A stretch of 64,000 bases of DNA, from contig OZ076413.1 of the NCBI GenBank assembly GCA_964187785.1, positions 47,556,001 through 47,620,000 of the forward strand, written 5' to 3'. The translations under genes were made by a program, and so were the position numbers. Source of the stretch: Amphiscolops sp. MND2022 (taxonomy: Eukaryota). Of this stretch, positions 40,265-52,364 are shown piece by piece. The notes under the pieces are model-generated. The model was not told the origin of the DNA, did not search any database, and saw nothing but the letters and a program-made list of their open reading frames with translations. Every line of letters starts with the position of its first letter. Position 1 is the stretch's first letter.

Positions 40265-41840
40265 CGTCATCACACATGTTAAACTGAATATTATTCGTGT
40301 TATTATCAAACGCTACAAATATTATGTTCCGTGACAACCCAAGCTAATGCATGTTGAGATTCATTATTTAAAGTTGCCCAGCAGAAGCAAATCTCATTAG
40401 TTAATTGAGGTCTCATGCGCTTATTTTATTACCAGAGAGCTAAATTTAAGCTATAACTTTTTTTCGCTTTTTAAAAATGTTTTGACCCAATTACACTCAT
40501 TTGATTTCAAATTAGGTTTGATATTAAAATTCTCATTAATATTTTGAATCTGACAGTAAATTTGTTTCTCGAGAAAATGGTAAATTGCATTAGTGTGAGC
40601 TCATTTTTGTTTGAAACTCAAAATCGTATCTTATATGTTATTTTCAAGAAGCCTATTTAAGTAGCTTGGTTTTTCTGAAATTTTTTGAAATACTAACATA
40701 TTGCCTTTTCTCATATCACTACGGCACACGTCAACGATTGATTGCAGAGCGGCAATAGCAAAGTGATTGTAGGTAACAAAAGTGTTTTTTGTCAATTTTT
40801 TCATCTTGAGACTCTTGACAGAGTTCTTACCAAGATTCCCACCGAGAAACTCAAGAGGTTTGTGGAAAGCAAAAATGAAAAAGATCTTATCGATGCCTTC
40901 AAGAGGGGAACGGGAATTTTTGAAAACGTGCAAGATCTTGACAAGACTTTCAAGACATTATGTATTGGGTAACCGTTGTGGCAGTCAACCACATAACAAC
41001 ATCACGGACGTGAAAACAAGTTTCATGTACGACAACTGTTTTTGTAATTTGTATACAAGATTGTAGAATGCCTAAAGTTGTCTATCGAGCAACTGGGATA
41101 ATCTAATGCAACAACAAACTGTTTTCAAATCCGGAGGTTCTGCGAATTTACGTTTCTGCTTTTCAAAATTCTTGATCAACGCTAAAGTTGAACTTTTTTG
41201 GAGTTCTTGGACAGGACAGACGGAAGAAAATCCAGATTGGGCAATAACATTTTAATTACGATAAAACCATTTTTTTCACCCCTCATTGGCGAGTTCCAGA
41301 AAATACTTTTTCGACATTACTCGTATGCTTGATTTTATTAGTTTGGTGTAAAAAATCGTACTTTCCGCTTGAATACCTTGAGAACCCGCATCATAGAATT
41401 ATTCCAAAGCGGTGATTTACCATATAAGGGGATGTGCACAACTATTTGACATGACATGGTGCATTTTTTGGCTGATCAAAAAATATCCTCTGGTTTTTCT
41501 TTCTGAAAAGCCAAACGACCCAGTACGGGGAACCAAGATTCCGTTACACTCGAAGTTGCAGTCTACTTGAACTTTACTTTTGAGAGATTTTGCATATATG
41601 TTGTAGCGATTGAGGACCCACTAGTGACTCAACCCAGAACCGGCCGTGCAACTCGTGCAGCTCTGTTTTTGAAGATTACACGGTTACGCAGCCGGGGTTT
41701 GCCTCCGTCTTTCACTGTAAGTGTGGAAGTAAACGAAACCAGAATCAAATGGAGGCTCCATTTTTCGACAAACGACGCCTGCTGTAGACAATTTAGATTG
41801 CAAGGGCGGCGATAAATTCCCACCAATCTAACTATATCAG

Positions 41841-42726
41841 AACAACCCGGGAACGGCCCAAGTCGGCGCCATATCTAAGGCTCAAAAACAGCAAAAGGAC
41901 TTCAAAGTGTCAAAGTATTCTCTTCTACGGTACCGGAAAAACCCAGAAGTTGAACCGAATTGGGGCACCAGAGGGGACACTTTGAGATTTTTCTTCCATT
42001 CTGTGGCAAATCATCAAAAAAATGAAGGAAGGGAACTTTTGGTGACAATTTTTGCTGAAAGGGGGACCCTTTGGGTAATTTCAACATCCGTTCTGTCGGA
42101 AAACTCCCAAAAAATTGAAGGGGGACACTTTGGGGAAAAATTTGTTTTCAAAAAAAAGTCTCACAGAGCCGAAAATACTCTAAGGTCTACCCTTTGGTCC
42201 CTTTGAGTTTCTTAGATGATGTAAAAATACTACTTCGCAAGCTTTTGCTCCAGTATTTTAAATTTGCCAAGTAAGAATTGTAAGATTTTAAGATTGCAAG
42301 AATTGTAAGAAAAGTGGACCGATCAGTGTGATGATTGTAGTCTGAAGAAAAACAAGACGGGAATGTCCCAAGTCGGCGCCATATCTTAGGCTCAAAAATA
42401 TTCAAGGAAAAACTATTGGAAATAATTGGAAAAAAATATTTTTTTTCCAAAAAAACATTTGGTAAAAAAGTCGCACAATGCCGAAAAACCTAAAAAGAGG
42501 TCATTTAGGCTCATTAGACGTTTGGTCGAAGATCAACAAATATGAAAGATGAACAAATTGTAAGAAAAGTGGACCACTCAGAGTGAGATTGTCAACTGAA
42601 AAAAAATTTAAAAAACTACTCAATGTAAGAGTCGGGCTTTTTTCCTTAAGGGAAAAGGCGCCGACTAAAAACAGTCACAGCCATAGTCGGGCATTTTTCC
42701 CTTAATGGAAAAACGCCGACTGAAAA
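41841..42726 (+). mobile_element. Nested pair of HINE/DINE-1-like (Helentron-associated) elements; inner copy 42351-42671
   Basis: Both start AACAA...AAGTCGGCGCC and end with a hairpin plus CGCCGACT before an A-run. This matches the subterminal inverted repeat and 3' stem-loop layout of DINE-1/HINE. Related remnants at ~2900, ~27060 and ~38260. Confidence 0.6.
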
Positions 42727-45700
42727 TAGATTTGGTGAGTAAGTTCGGCTCTGTCTATCGTGTACGAAAAATCTCTCCCGTTGCGCAAGTTATTCGTCTC
42801 TCTTGAATTGACTGAGAAAGTTGATCTGATATTAAGGTTACTTTTTATAAAGAAAGTCAGATCTGGGTCTCTAACAAAATTCACAAAATAACAACTATCC
42901 GCAATTCAGCCAACTGTGCGGAAGCGGTAAACACAAGTTGTTCTCGACTTGTGGGAACTCAGTTTCTATCACACTGTGTTAGCGACCAACGAGTTTTTTT
43001 CGCTAACCCAAGTTTCTGGCCCCTGTCTTGAAGCTCAACCCGCTTGTAGCTCTCTAACTCGGTTGTGTCTAGTCCAGTATATTTCGATTCCGCCTCAATT
43101 GTGTTTATTCATCGCACGTGTTTCTGGTGAGCTCGTTTTAACACTCTTTCATACTTGACATTTCCATTATCTGACGACAGCCCCTTAAGTTTGCATGTAT
43201 TTATCTTCATGTTTATCTATTCCTTTCATGGCATGGCGACGCCAGTAGTTGTATTTCAGCTAAACATTCTTTGCCGACAGCGACAAATAATTCAACAACG
43301 TGATCGAAATCCGCGTTCTATCATTATTCAAGTCACCCAAGATATTTTTAGTGTCGAGTGAAGTTTATTGACCTTGAATAACATGGTTTACATGTTTCCT
43401 GCGTAAGGGGTTTTTTCTGTTGTCCAAGTGCAGTGCATCGCAAATCTTCTCGCTTGGCTAAAATGCATAATTTATCGCGCTTTAAGATACTGATTTACAT
43501 GGGTTGCAAACACGGTTTCATTCTCATTAGTAATCGACTACACTCGTTACGGCGTCCCATTTGAGGAGTTACAGGTCAAGGTCAAACTTCTTTTATCGTT
43601 CGGGCTTGGGCATTTGGTCCCGTGTGCCTTAAACAAACATTGCGGCATTGGCCGATTATTGTCTCTTTCAGGTATGTTACTTAGGGTTGGTAGATGGACA
43701 TCTTCATTAAACTTCATGATCCTCGGGTCAACTGGTGTCAATTTACATGAAGTTCGGGGTTTGTTTACCAGAGTCCGTGCTCCTCCTACGCCCGTCGTAG
43801 GGTTTCGAAAATATGCACAAATGATTTAATATCCTTTGGGCTATCACTTCCATTTATAATATGTTGATTTATTCCGTGCTTTTCCAACGTTTTCGTTTGG
43901 GGGTTGACCTAATACCTCGGAGCTGGAGTGCTCGACTAGGTTCTGTTTTGATAAACGAATAGCAAAACAGCTCAGGATTACGTGTGCCAAATTTTAGCAG
44001 GATCGGTTCGGTAACTCTCCGGGACGGGTGGTGTTTTTTCACATACCTCTCGTTTTCGCACAAACGAAATCGCTGTTTATTCGCACGTCCTTTCTTTGTC
44101 AAAGAAGCAATAAAAACGGGCTATGGGCAGCGTTTCAACTGTTCAGCTGCTCTTACTAATGCGACGCGTCTAAAAACGAAATAACCATAGTTCTGTCTAT
44201 CGTCTGAGCTTCGTGCAAATCAATGATATTTTTGTTAAACGCCAAACTCTGAAAATTCCACACCTGGCCATATTATATTGTTTGTCCGGAGCTTTTGTTG
44301 ACGAGTTGTTCGAAGAACTGTAATAACAGTCTTGTCGAAAACCAAGGTGCAGCCGGTGAAATCTTGAGTACTCAGCTGTTTTCTCAGCTGTGACGGCCGC
44401 TGTCAATGTTGATAAAATTGACCGTAGGTACGGCGCAATGATTGTTATTGGGCAGTTCTCACAATGTGTTTGCTTTCATTGAAAGAGAAACCCTGAAAAA
44501 CAGGAGCCTAGAATACATGCGAAAATTGATGAACTAGGTACTTTTCCATACTCAGGGGAGGGTTAGTAGATACCAGTTACGTATCTCTCACTCCTGACAC
44601 TCACAGCGGTCTTGAAGTTGGTATATCCGACCAGGCTGTTGTTGTGTCCATATGATGTTCAATTGTCTGCTTGTAACAGTAAAGTGTTGGAGACGTATGG
44701 CATAGTCGAGGATGTAACGTTCAGATAGGGCGTTGAAGGACGACGCTCTAAATACTGCTCGTCTGTATGAACTGCCCATCGCCATCCGACGACCTTTTGA
44801 ACCAGTTGTGCCGCAGTAATTTCAGTGGGTAAGTGAGCCTGAGTTAGAGGCCACTGACGTTGAAGACGTTTACTTCGAGACGTCTGAAGGTGTAATTGTG
44901 AATACGAAAATCGCTCTGTTTGTGCATAGCCTTGTAGAATTGTCATTCGCCATGCAAGAGAGCTCAATATCCCTTCAAGGACTGCCTAATTAAAACTTAT
45001 GAACGAAGAGTACTGTACGTCAGTGTGGGCATCTTCAATCTTCACGGGAGTGCAGATCTCTATCCGGAAAGAACTGGGATTGTAAATTTATTTTAGTGAG
45101 ACAAAAAAGCCTTTGGTGCAAAGGTTATTTCTGAAAATGGTCCGTCTAAATATGCAGCAAAAGAGCTCTAACTTAGTTACCCCAATTTTCGGACCTATTT
45201 TGAAGACATTGATAGAAGTGTGTGTACAGTGTTAAACTATTTGTTGATATAGTAGAACGACTTGATCATGAAAAACATGGCAAACACCCACTGGATGTTA
45301 TAAAACAGTGAAGGCCCATTTCAAAAATTTCAAAACAAGACCTAACGCGCTAACCAAAAAGTTTGAGATCTTTGGGCGCCTGAGATGAGTCATCACTGGT
45401 AACCTTCAGGACACAGCGTTCCGTCTCACCATGGGCCATTGGTGACATGATGGAATCCAATGCCGCGTATTGTTGAAATCATCAACCGATTGGGTAAACC
45501 AACACCAGAACTGAATTGGCAAGGTCGTTTTGGCGATCTCCTAAGAAAGCTGTCATCGGGAAGACAGCTTTCCCGGGTGAACTGAAGAAAACTCCGACGC
45601 TTCAAGTTTCTACATTTGTTACGTACTGCACACTGCATCTAACGTGAAAGAAAGGAAATTATTCTATGCTATACACAAAATTAAGCGCTAATCGGTATAA

Positions 45701-45816
45701 TTTATTCATTTCAAAATGTGACCTCAAAATGAAAAGTTATTTTCTGGTTATTATTTGAAGAGGTTAGCATATTTGTTGTATGGCTTGGTCGCTTCGCTTC
45801 TTTCGCCAAGTCGCCA

Positions 45817-48008
45817 TGTCGTAAGCACGCGCGTTTGTGGATGTAGTTGGACCGTCTTTCTGACAGTCCATAAATGGCTTACTTCTCGAGTTATCTCTGG
45901 AATCTGAGTTTCGCAGAACTTCGGAATATCCTTCCGGTCTCTCGGCCGGAACGTTCCATCTTTCTCTGGTCAAATGTCCCGATCCGGCCACAATGGCATT
46001 TTGAATCTGGGGTAAAACCTGATTGCTAATTGCATCATTTATGGCTCTCTGTATCTGAACACTGACACTATTCATCATCTCGTCCATCTCTCTAGATATT
46101 CGGGAATTCAATTCACTCGACAGTCTATTTATCTCAGCACTAGAATTACCTCCAGCAGAGTTTTGGCCGTAATCGGCATTTGGACTAAGTCCGTCATTTC
46201 TTGAATTTAAGTACCTGTTTTCATCATTATTTTCAAATTGATCACCAAAAGTACTTTCAGGTCTTCTGGCTTGATTACTACTGAGGCTTTCATCTCTCTC
46301 ATTTCTACTGAAATGGTTTTCTCCGAGCATCATATCTACATTTTCAATGTCCGAAATTATCTCAACTCCTCTAGATTTTCTGGTTTTCTTCTGCTTTCTT
46401 GTTGTAGGCATTAGAAAGAAAGTCCGAGGTAAAACAGTGAATTAGGTTTTATTCGGAAAATAGGATTTTGTACGTTGTATCGTAAACAGGTATATCAAAC
46501 TAAACTTGGAGAAGCAAAATACAATTGTGTCCCTCTCGGAAAAATACCAATATATATACCCCTGAGAGGGTGACACTCACATTCCTTTTTAACAATCTAT
46601 TTACAAATTCCATAAAGGGCACATGACTATGGCGGGTGACCACTAACATTCATTCATTTTTAGCGGCGTCAACTGCATCAAAGCACTTTAGGAATTTGTC
46701 CCGTTAGGGTCAAAGGGCAATCATACCTAATTCATTCGCAGCAACATCATTTAAAGTTTACATAAAATATGGAATGCACTCAAATGCATTTTCTAACTGC
46801 AAATACTATCATCAAAGGGGAGCGGAGGAATTTAGCCTTATTATATTAGGCAAACAACACTTTGACCAAACATCAAAACTAATACTTTCAAATTGTTTAC
46901 AGTGAGAGGAATGTAAACTATTTAGCGGCACGTGCCTACACACGTGCGTAGAATCAACAAAACAAAGACACAGTTTCATGCAATAGAAATGAACATAATA
47001 TAGCAATATGGCCGAATACGGCCATTGGACTTGGGAGCTGGCCAATAGTGAAGGCCGGAATAGGACAGGTGACGGGTATTTGGATTGCTACTACTGGTCG
47101 TTATTATTGCACTAATTGGATTTAAAAAGCTCATTAACATCTTCAAGTATATAAATATAATCTTACATGACTGTAAAACAAACTCATTCATGCTTAAAAG
47201 CATCTCTAATAATAATAAGCAAAATGGCCTAAACCGGCCATTTGCCTTTTGTCCTGCATTACCAATCTAATATAACGTCAAGTGGCCATATACGGCCAAT
47301 CAATTAAAAACGTGTACAGCGCTTTTACACAATCTGGCCTGAATAGGCTAATTCCCCCGTATTAAGTGAACATTATTAAAATACTGGTCAAACGGCCTTA
47401 ACCGTCTGAAAGAGCTAAGACTGGGGTGTAGTTAGTTAATACTGCACTAGAGGGGTTATTCAGCCTAAGAGTACAAGCACATGAATCCTGGTTAAGTATG
47501 AGAATAATTAGCATCACAATTGCGCTTTATGTGAAATGGCCGGAACCGGCCGTTTGACTGAATATTTATTAAAACTAGCGAAGTTATGTCCACAGGCCGT
47601 ATTCGGCCAATAATGAATGGAAGTATTAACTGCGTAGCAAATGGAGTAATTTGATTGGACAAGGCCGCGTGCTCAAGTGACGTATCTGGTACGGGATTTT
47701 ATCAATAGCAACTATAATTAAAACAATTAGCAATGCTTCTTCTAACACCTTTTATTATTGCATCTGACGTATTAAGACAGCTTCAAGTACTTTCCAAGAA
47801 AATAAACAGCACTACTGATTAAATAGCACAGATTACTTGATGAAAGCTAAATAGGCCGGAACCGGCCATTGGACCAGCGTCCGCGAGCATAGTGGTTAGA
47901 TTAAGGCAAGCGGCCATAACCGGCCAAATATTGTATTGCTGAGAGATAATACTAATACTAGCTATACTGCACTGTGATTGGTTAATTTGCAGGAGGTAGC
48001 CTGCGACA
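45817..48008 (-). repeat. 3' LTR (2192 bp)
   Basis: Direct repeat of 51770-53961. Carries a second copy of the Gag N-terminus (ORF 45764-46411). Confidence 0.95.
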
Positions 48009-49404
48009 CTGCGGGTGGAATAAATAAAAACGACCCTGCATTAAGTCCATTCAAATAAGCTTCCTTCATAATTGCTTTCACGTAGGCCGGCTCACCTCTT
48101 GGTGTTGATCTCCTTATCACTCCCGTCATCAGAATAGGTGTGAACAATGCTCAAGTTGTTAATATCAAATACACTCGTCTCAAGTGGGTAATTAACGAGT
48201 CGCTTGGAGGCAATTAACGGCACGCACCAAAGGTTTCTCTTAAAATGGTTTTAGCCAATCAAAATTGACTTTCGATAAAATGGAAATTGGATAGTAAAAT
48301 GGTGAAAATAATAACTAAAATAATCCAGAATGGCGGAAATTCTAACTAAATGGTAATAAGGGCAACGGAACAAAACGGCAAAACGGAACAAGGTAAATGG
48401 CCATAATCGGCTTCTAACTAACTAAATTGTAAATAATGAGCAATCTTCTGTACATTTCGCTGGCAGACTCCATGCACAGTTTTAAATTCGTAAATAGCCA
48501 TAAAATATTAGTCCGGTAATCTCTTCAGCCACGAACTCCAACTTTCAATCTCTAGGATTGTCATTTATTCCCATTTAGTTCCAATTCCATTACGATTTGT
48601 ATTCTTTTAATTTTGAATTCTTTCGGCATCCCTAACTATGTACTGCATTGTTATGTACGTCCATTTGGGTTCCAACACAGTTGCCGACTACATCTTCCTC
48701 GGAGTATTCCGGAGCATCTTCCCCTTTTCAGCCGAGCTCGGCCACTTTCCCCAACTTCACCAGCCGAATAAGGACGGTTACCCAGAAGGAGTTTCAATCA
48801 CTGCAGGATGTCTTCAAACACAAGTTGATCTGGATTTTTATTTTGAACTAATTTAACTTGATCAGGGTTAAAATTTGTTCACAAAATGCTTCCTGCTTCC
48901 ATCACTAAACACGTGATAACACGTTTCATTCAAATTTTTAGAACACTTTCGAAAGATTTCTGACGCGGCAAAATGGATTTCTTTCAAGGAAGCTAACCGC
49001 CAAATTTCATCTCTTTCTGTTTATAGAATCAGAACAAAGAGACTACTCGAACACCAGATCCCAATTCACCCGTGGGTACAGGTTATGCTGTTGTGTTTTC
49101 ACCGCCCCTGTTTCCTCCTCTTAGAGTAGAGAGGTCCCCAAGTAGTACTGACAGTGTTGATGTTACAGCTTACGCTGACGAAAAGGTCAGACTCCATGCA
49201 GAGGCTCAATTGCTAGAAGGGTCACAGGTCGCTGAATCATTCATGGGCGACCAAGAGACAAAGGACGAAGAAGGAAGAAGGGTAGATGCAGTAGGAAGAG
49301 AAGTAGAAGGAGAGGTAGAAGCAGAGGGAGGAAGAACTTTAAAAATGAAAAGGAAAAGAAGAAAAGAGAGCAGTGTTCCTTCTTGGACGCTCATTAATCT
49401 TTTC

Positions 49405-50655
49405 CTAGTATCTGAAGTCTTCTGAGTAGTTTGGATTAGGATTAGGTCTCAGATTATATCTTCCACCTCTAGGACTCCGATTTTCATTTCCTTCATCATT
49501 TTGCGATATTTCGGGCACGATAATATCATCCCCCCTTTTTGGAGATTTTTGTGCATCGCTTTCATTAGCAGAATTTCGTTCTGAAACATTTGCATTGTTT
49601 TCTTGTCTTTCGGACAGATCCGGCAAAGATTTTTCTGGATTTTTGTGGTAAACGGCCGAATCCGGCCAATCAGAGTTTTCATTTCTAGTAGCTTCACTAT
49701 CTTCATTTGCATTGCTGACGTCACTTTTCAGTCGTTTATCTCGACTGTGCTCTGTATCGTTGACGTCATTCGGACAATCAGTCGTGATTATGTAATCCGC
49801 TTCATTCTCGCTTGCGTTATCTGCGTTCGCTTTTGCCGTACTCGGTCTTTCTTCATTCGGCAAGCTAGCCGGAATAGGCTCGTTGCCTCGTGTAGCTAGC
49901 TGTTCACCAAAGTTTGTTTCCCACGTAACTGTGTACAAATCGTCCTGCGGAATGACAATTTCTTCGTCCGGCAGTAATCGCTCTTCTCGGAAAATGTCCT
50001 CAAGCGGTTGATTGGGGACAAACTTTTTGAGGCGAACTCGATGCAAGATCTGAGTTTTAAGGTTACTGTTGGTTGACAGGGGTATACAGTCTGGTTCACC
50101 ATTTTTGGTAATGAGTACATTCTGGAACTGTCTCTCGTCTAGTAGCGATTGTGGAATTGATTCTGCACAGTTTTCGATATTCTCGGTTCCCAAGGGGTTT
50201 GGAAACACCGGATGGTTTAGCGCTCTGGTTTTCTTGTTATGGGTAATTGGAGGGTTCTCGTGGACTGTCTTGTTGTAATGGTCATTGTCGTCGATGACGT
50301 ACTGGAATTGTAGCAAACCCTTGTTATAGAGTTCTGTGACCCAGAAAGGATCTCGTCCGCAATCTGGGTCGATGTAGGTAGGGTTGTAGTCGTCTACCAA
50401 GGGAATGGGCCTGAATCGGGTGGTAAAGGTAGTTGTGTAATCAGGGTCCCAAACAGGAATTGGTTTCTGGAACAGATGGGTATTATTATAAGTAATAATA
50501 AGAGCTTTCTCCTTCTGCTGCTGCCAGACAACAGAAGGATAGCCCATCAATTGTTGTTGGTAATTGTGAAAGTTTTTAGTTGGAGGGTCCGATTTGATGT
50601 ACTGTCGGACAGAGACTAGTTGGTTGTATTGGAGTCGTGGCGAAGCTAGTTTTTT
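49405..50655 (-). CDS. Internally deleted Pol: pre-protease segment fused in frame to integrase C-terminal tail
   Basis: No PR, RT, RH or DDE motifs. TQILHRVRLKKF resembles the end of the Gypsy integrase C-terminal module. Acidic tail ends RYNLRPNPNPNY. Confidence 0.7.
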   Translation of the reverse strand, partial: KKLASPRLQYNQLVSVRQYIKSDPPTKNFHNYQQQLMGYPSVVWQQQKEKALIITYNNTHLFQKPIPVWDPDYTTTFTTRFRPIPLVDDYNPTYIDPDCGRDPFWVTELYNKGLLQFQYVIDDNDHYNKTVHENPPITHNKKTRALNHPVFPNPLGTENIENCAESIPQSLLDERQFQNVLITKNGEPDCIPLSTNSNLKTQILHRVRLKKFVPNQPLEDIFREERLLPDEEIVIPQDDLYTVTWETNFGEQLATRGNEPIPASLPNEERPSTAKANADNASENEADYIITTDCPNDVNDTEHSRDKRLKSDVSNANEDSEATRNENSDWPDSAVYHKNPEKSLPDLSERQENNANVSERNSANESDAQKSPKRGDDIIVPEISQNDEGNENRSPRGGRYNLRPNPNPNYSEDFRY

Positions 50656-52364
50656 GAATCATCTTTGCTTGATGAGCATTGATAATTGGATGATGTTGGC
50701 TTGTAATGAGGTTTTGAGGATTTGGGGTCAGGATCGCCGTCCGACGAGTCCTCTGGCCTGGTGCGTTTGGGCTTGAGATGCGCACCAGCACCTTGCCAGC
50801 ATCTCTCCTCAGGGTGGTTTGTCTTGCCACATGTCCCACATTTAGGATAAACCTTTTTCTGTGTGGGCTTGCCTTGTTGGGCATCTTTTTCCTTCTTCTT
50901 TTTGAGCTTTTCACAGTCTTTGACCATGTGGCCCTTTTCTTTGCAATAGTTGCAGGTAATGTCACTCATTTGGACGTTTGATGGAACAGTTTTTGTTTTT
51001 GTGGCTGAAGACGTCATTGATGCCATTGGTAGGTCATCAGATTCTTCAAGGGCGTTTAGCTCCAATTCTCTCTCAAGATGAGCGACAATTTCGTCATAGA
51101 AGGCGTTCTCTAATCTGGCCATATTGACTGATCTTTTTTGCTTGGGCGGAAGTTTTGCGTATAGTAGACTGTCAATCATCTTTTGGGCATTGTCTCCGAA
51201 TGCTTTTTCTGCGCCTTGATTCAGCTCTTCAAGAAAATCTGGTAGTTTTGTCGTATTCGGATCAAATACCAGACGGTGCCATTTATGTTTGGTAGTTGTT
51301 TGAGATTCGGGTTTGACGTATTTCCGTCTGAAGATGACTAATACGTCCTCGAGAGTTTGTCTGTTAGCTGTGCTAATGTTTCGGAATGTTTGCAGAGCGT
51401 TTTTGCTCAAAAGCGAATGAAAATGATTAATTTTCATCTGCTCGGACATCAACTTGATCATCGTGTGGAATAGATATACGAACAGCCCGAACTTCTTGCT
51501 TTTGCCGTCAAAAGTCATAGTGTTTGAGTTGACCTGGCGGATAGTGGGTTGTTGGGCTGTTGGACGGTTCTGCATACTGGTCAAGACATCAGCTAGCCTG
51601 TTGATATGGTCTTGTTCCGGGGCCGGAACGGTCCTTTCTTGTGCTGGGATCGTCGTGTCGAGCAGGGGATTGAGGTCATCATGGGATCGGTTGAGATTAC
51701 TTCTTGATGGCATTCGTCCCGTGAGAAACTCAGGAATATCAGTTGGAGATTCGTTTTCTCCTGTCACCATGTCGTAAGCACGCGCGTTTGTGGATGTAGT
51801 TGGACCGTCTTTCTGACAGTCCATAAATGGCTTACTTCTCGAGTTGTCTCTGGAATCTGAGTTTCGCAGAACTTCGGAATATCCTTCCGGTCTCTCGGCC
51901 GGAACGTTCCATCTTTCTCTGGTCAAATGTCCCGATCCGGCCACAATGGCATTTTGAATCTGGGGTAAAACCTGATTGCTAATTGCATCATTTATGGCTC
52001 TCTGTATCTGAACACTGACACTATTCATCATCTCGTCCATCTCTCTAGATATTCGGGAATTCAATTCACTCGACAGTCTATTTATCTCAGCACTAGAATT
52101 ACCTCCAGCAGAGTTTTGGCCGTAATCGGCATTTGGACTAAGTCCGTCATTTCTTGAATTTAAGTACCTGTTTTCATCATTATTTTCAAATTGATCACCA
52201 AAAGTACTTTCAGGTCTTCTGGCTTGATTACTACTGAGGCTTTCATCTCTCTCATTTCTACTGAAATGGTTTTCTCCGAGCATCATATCTACATTTTCAA
52301 TGTCCGAAATTATCTCAACTCCTCTAGATTTTCTGGTTTTCTTCTGCTTTCTTGTTGTAGGCAT
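50646..52364 (-). CDS. gag: Gag (572 aa) with two CCHC zinc knuckles
   Basis: Uninterrupted ORF. Capsid-like region MTFDGKSKKF...; knuckles CNYCKEKGHMVKDC and CGTCGKTNHPEERC. Confidence 0.9.
   Translation of the reverse strand: MPTTRKQKKTRKSRGVEIISDIENVDMMLGENHFSRNERDESLSSNQARRPESTFGDQFENNDENRYLNSRNDGLSPNADYGQNSAGGNSSAEINRLSSELNSRISREMDEMMNSVSVQIQRAINDAISNQVLPQIQNAIVAGSGHLTRERWNVPAERPEGYSEVLRNSDSRDNSRSKPFMDCQKDGPTTSTNARAYDMVTGENESPTDIPEFLTGRMPSRSNLNRSHDDLNPLLDTTIPAQERTVPAPEQDHINRLADVLTSMQNRPTAQQPTIRQVNSNTMTFDGKSKKFGLFVYLFHTMIKLMSEQMKINHFHSLLSKNALQTFRNISTANRQTLEDVLVIFRRKYVKPESQTTTKHKWHRLVFDPNTTKLPDFLEELNQGAEKAFGDNAQKMIDSLLYAKLPPKQKRSVNMARLENAFYDEIVAHLERELELNALEESDDLPMASMTSSATKTKTVPSNVQMSDITCNYCKEKGHMVKDCEKLKKKKEKDAQQGKPTQKKVYPKCGTCGKTNHPEERCWQGAGAHLKPKRTRPEDSSDGDPDPKSSKPHYKPTSSNYQCSSSKDDSKN
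50649..50655 (-). promoter_or_regulatory. -1 ribosomal frameshift slippery site A AAA AAC
   Basis: Lies directly before the gag TAG. The -1 frame is open (LASPRLQYNQLVSVRQYIKSDPPTKNFHNYQQQ) into ORF 49405-50550. Confidence 0.8.
51752..51769 (-). promoter_or_regulatory. Primer-binding site (within gag coding frame)
   Basis: TGGTGACAGGAGAAAACG directly follows the LTR-terminal CA. Loosely tRNA-Leu-like. Confidence 0.7.

Noticed and set aside
40742..40972. Protein-like 76-aa frame after a possible acceptor
   Set aside because: No partner exons or motif identified.
44590..44990. Possible minus-strand exon remnant
   Set aside because: Stops in all frames and no recognisable domain.
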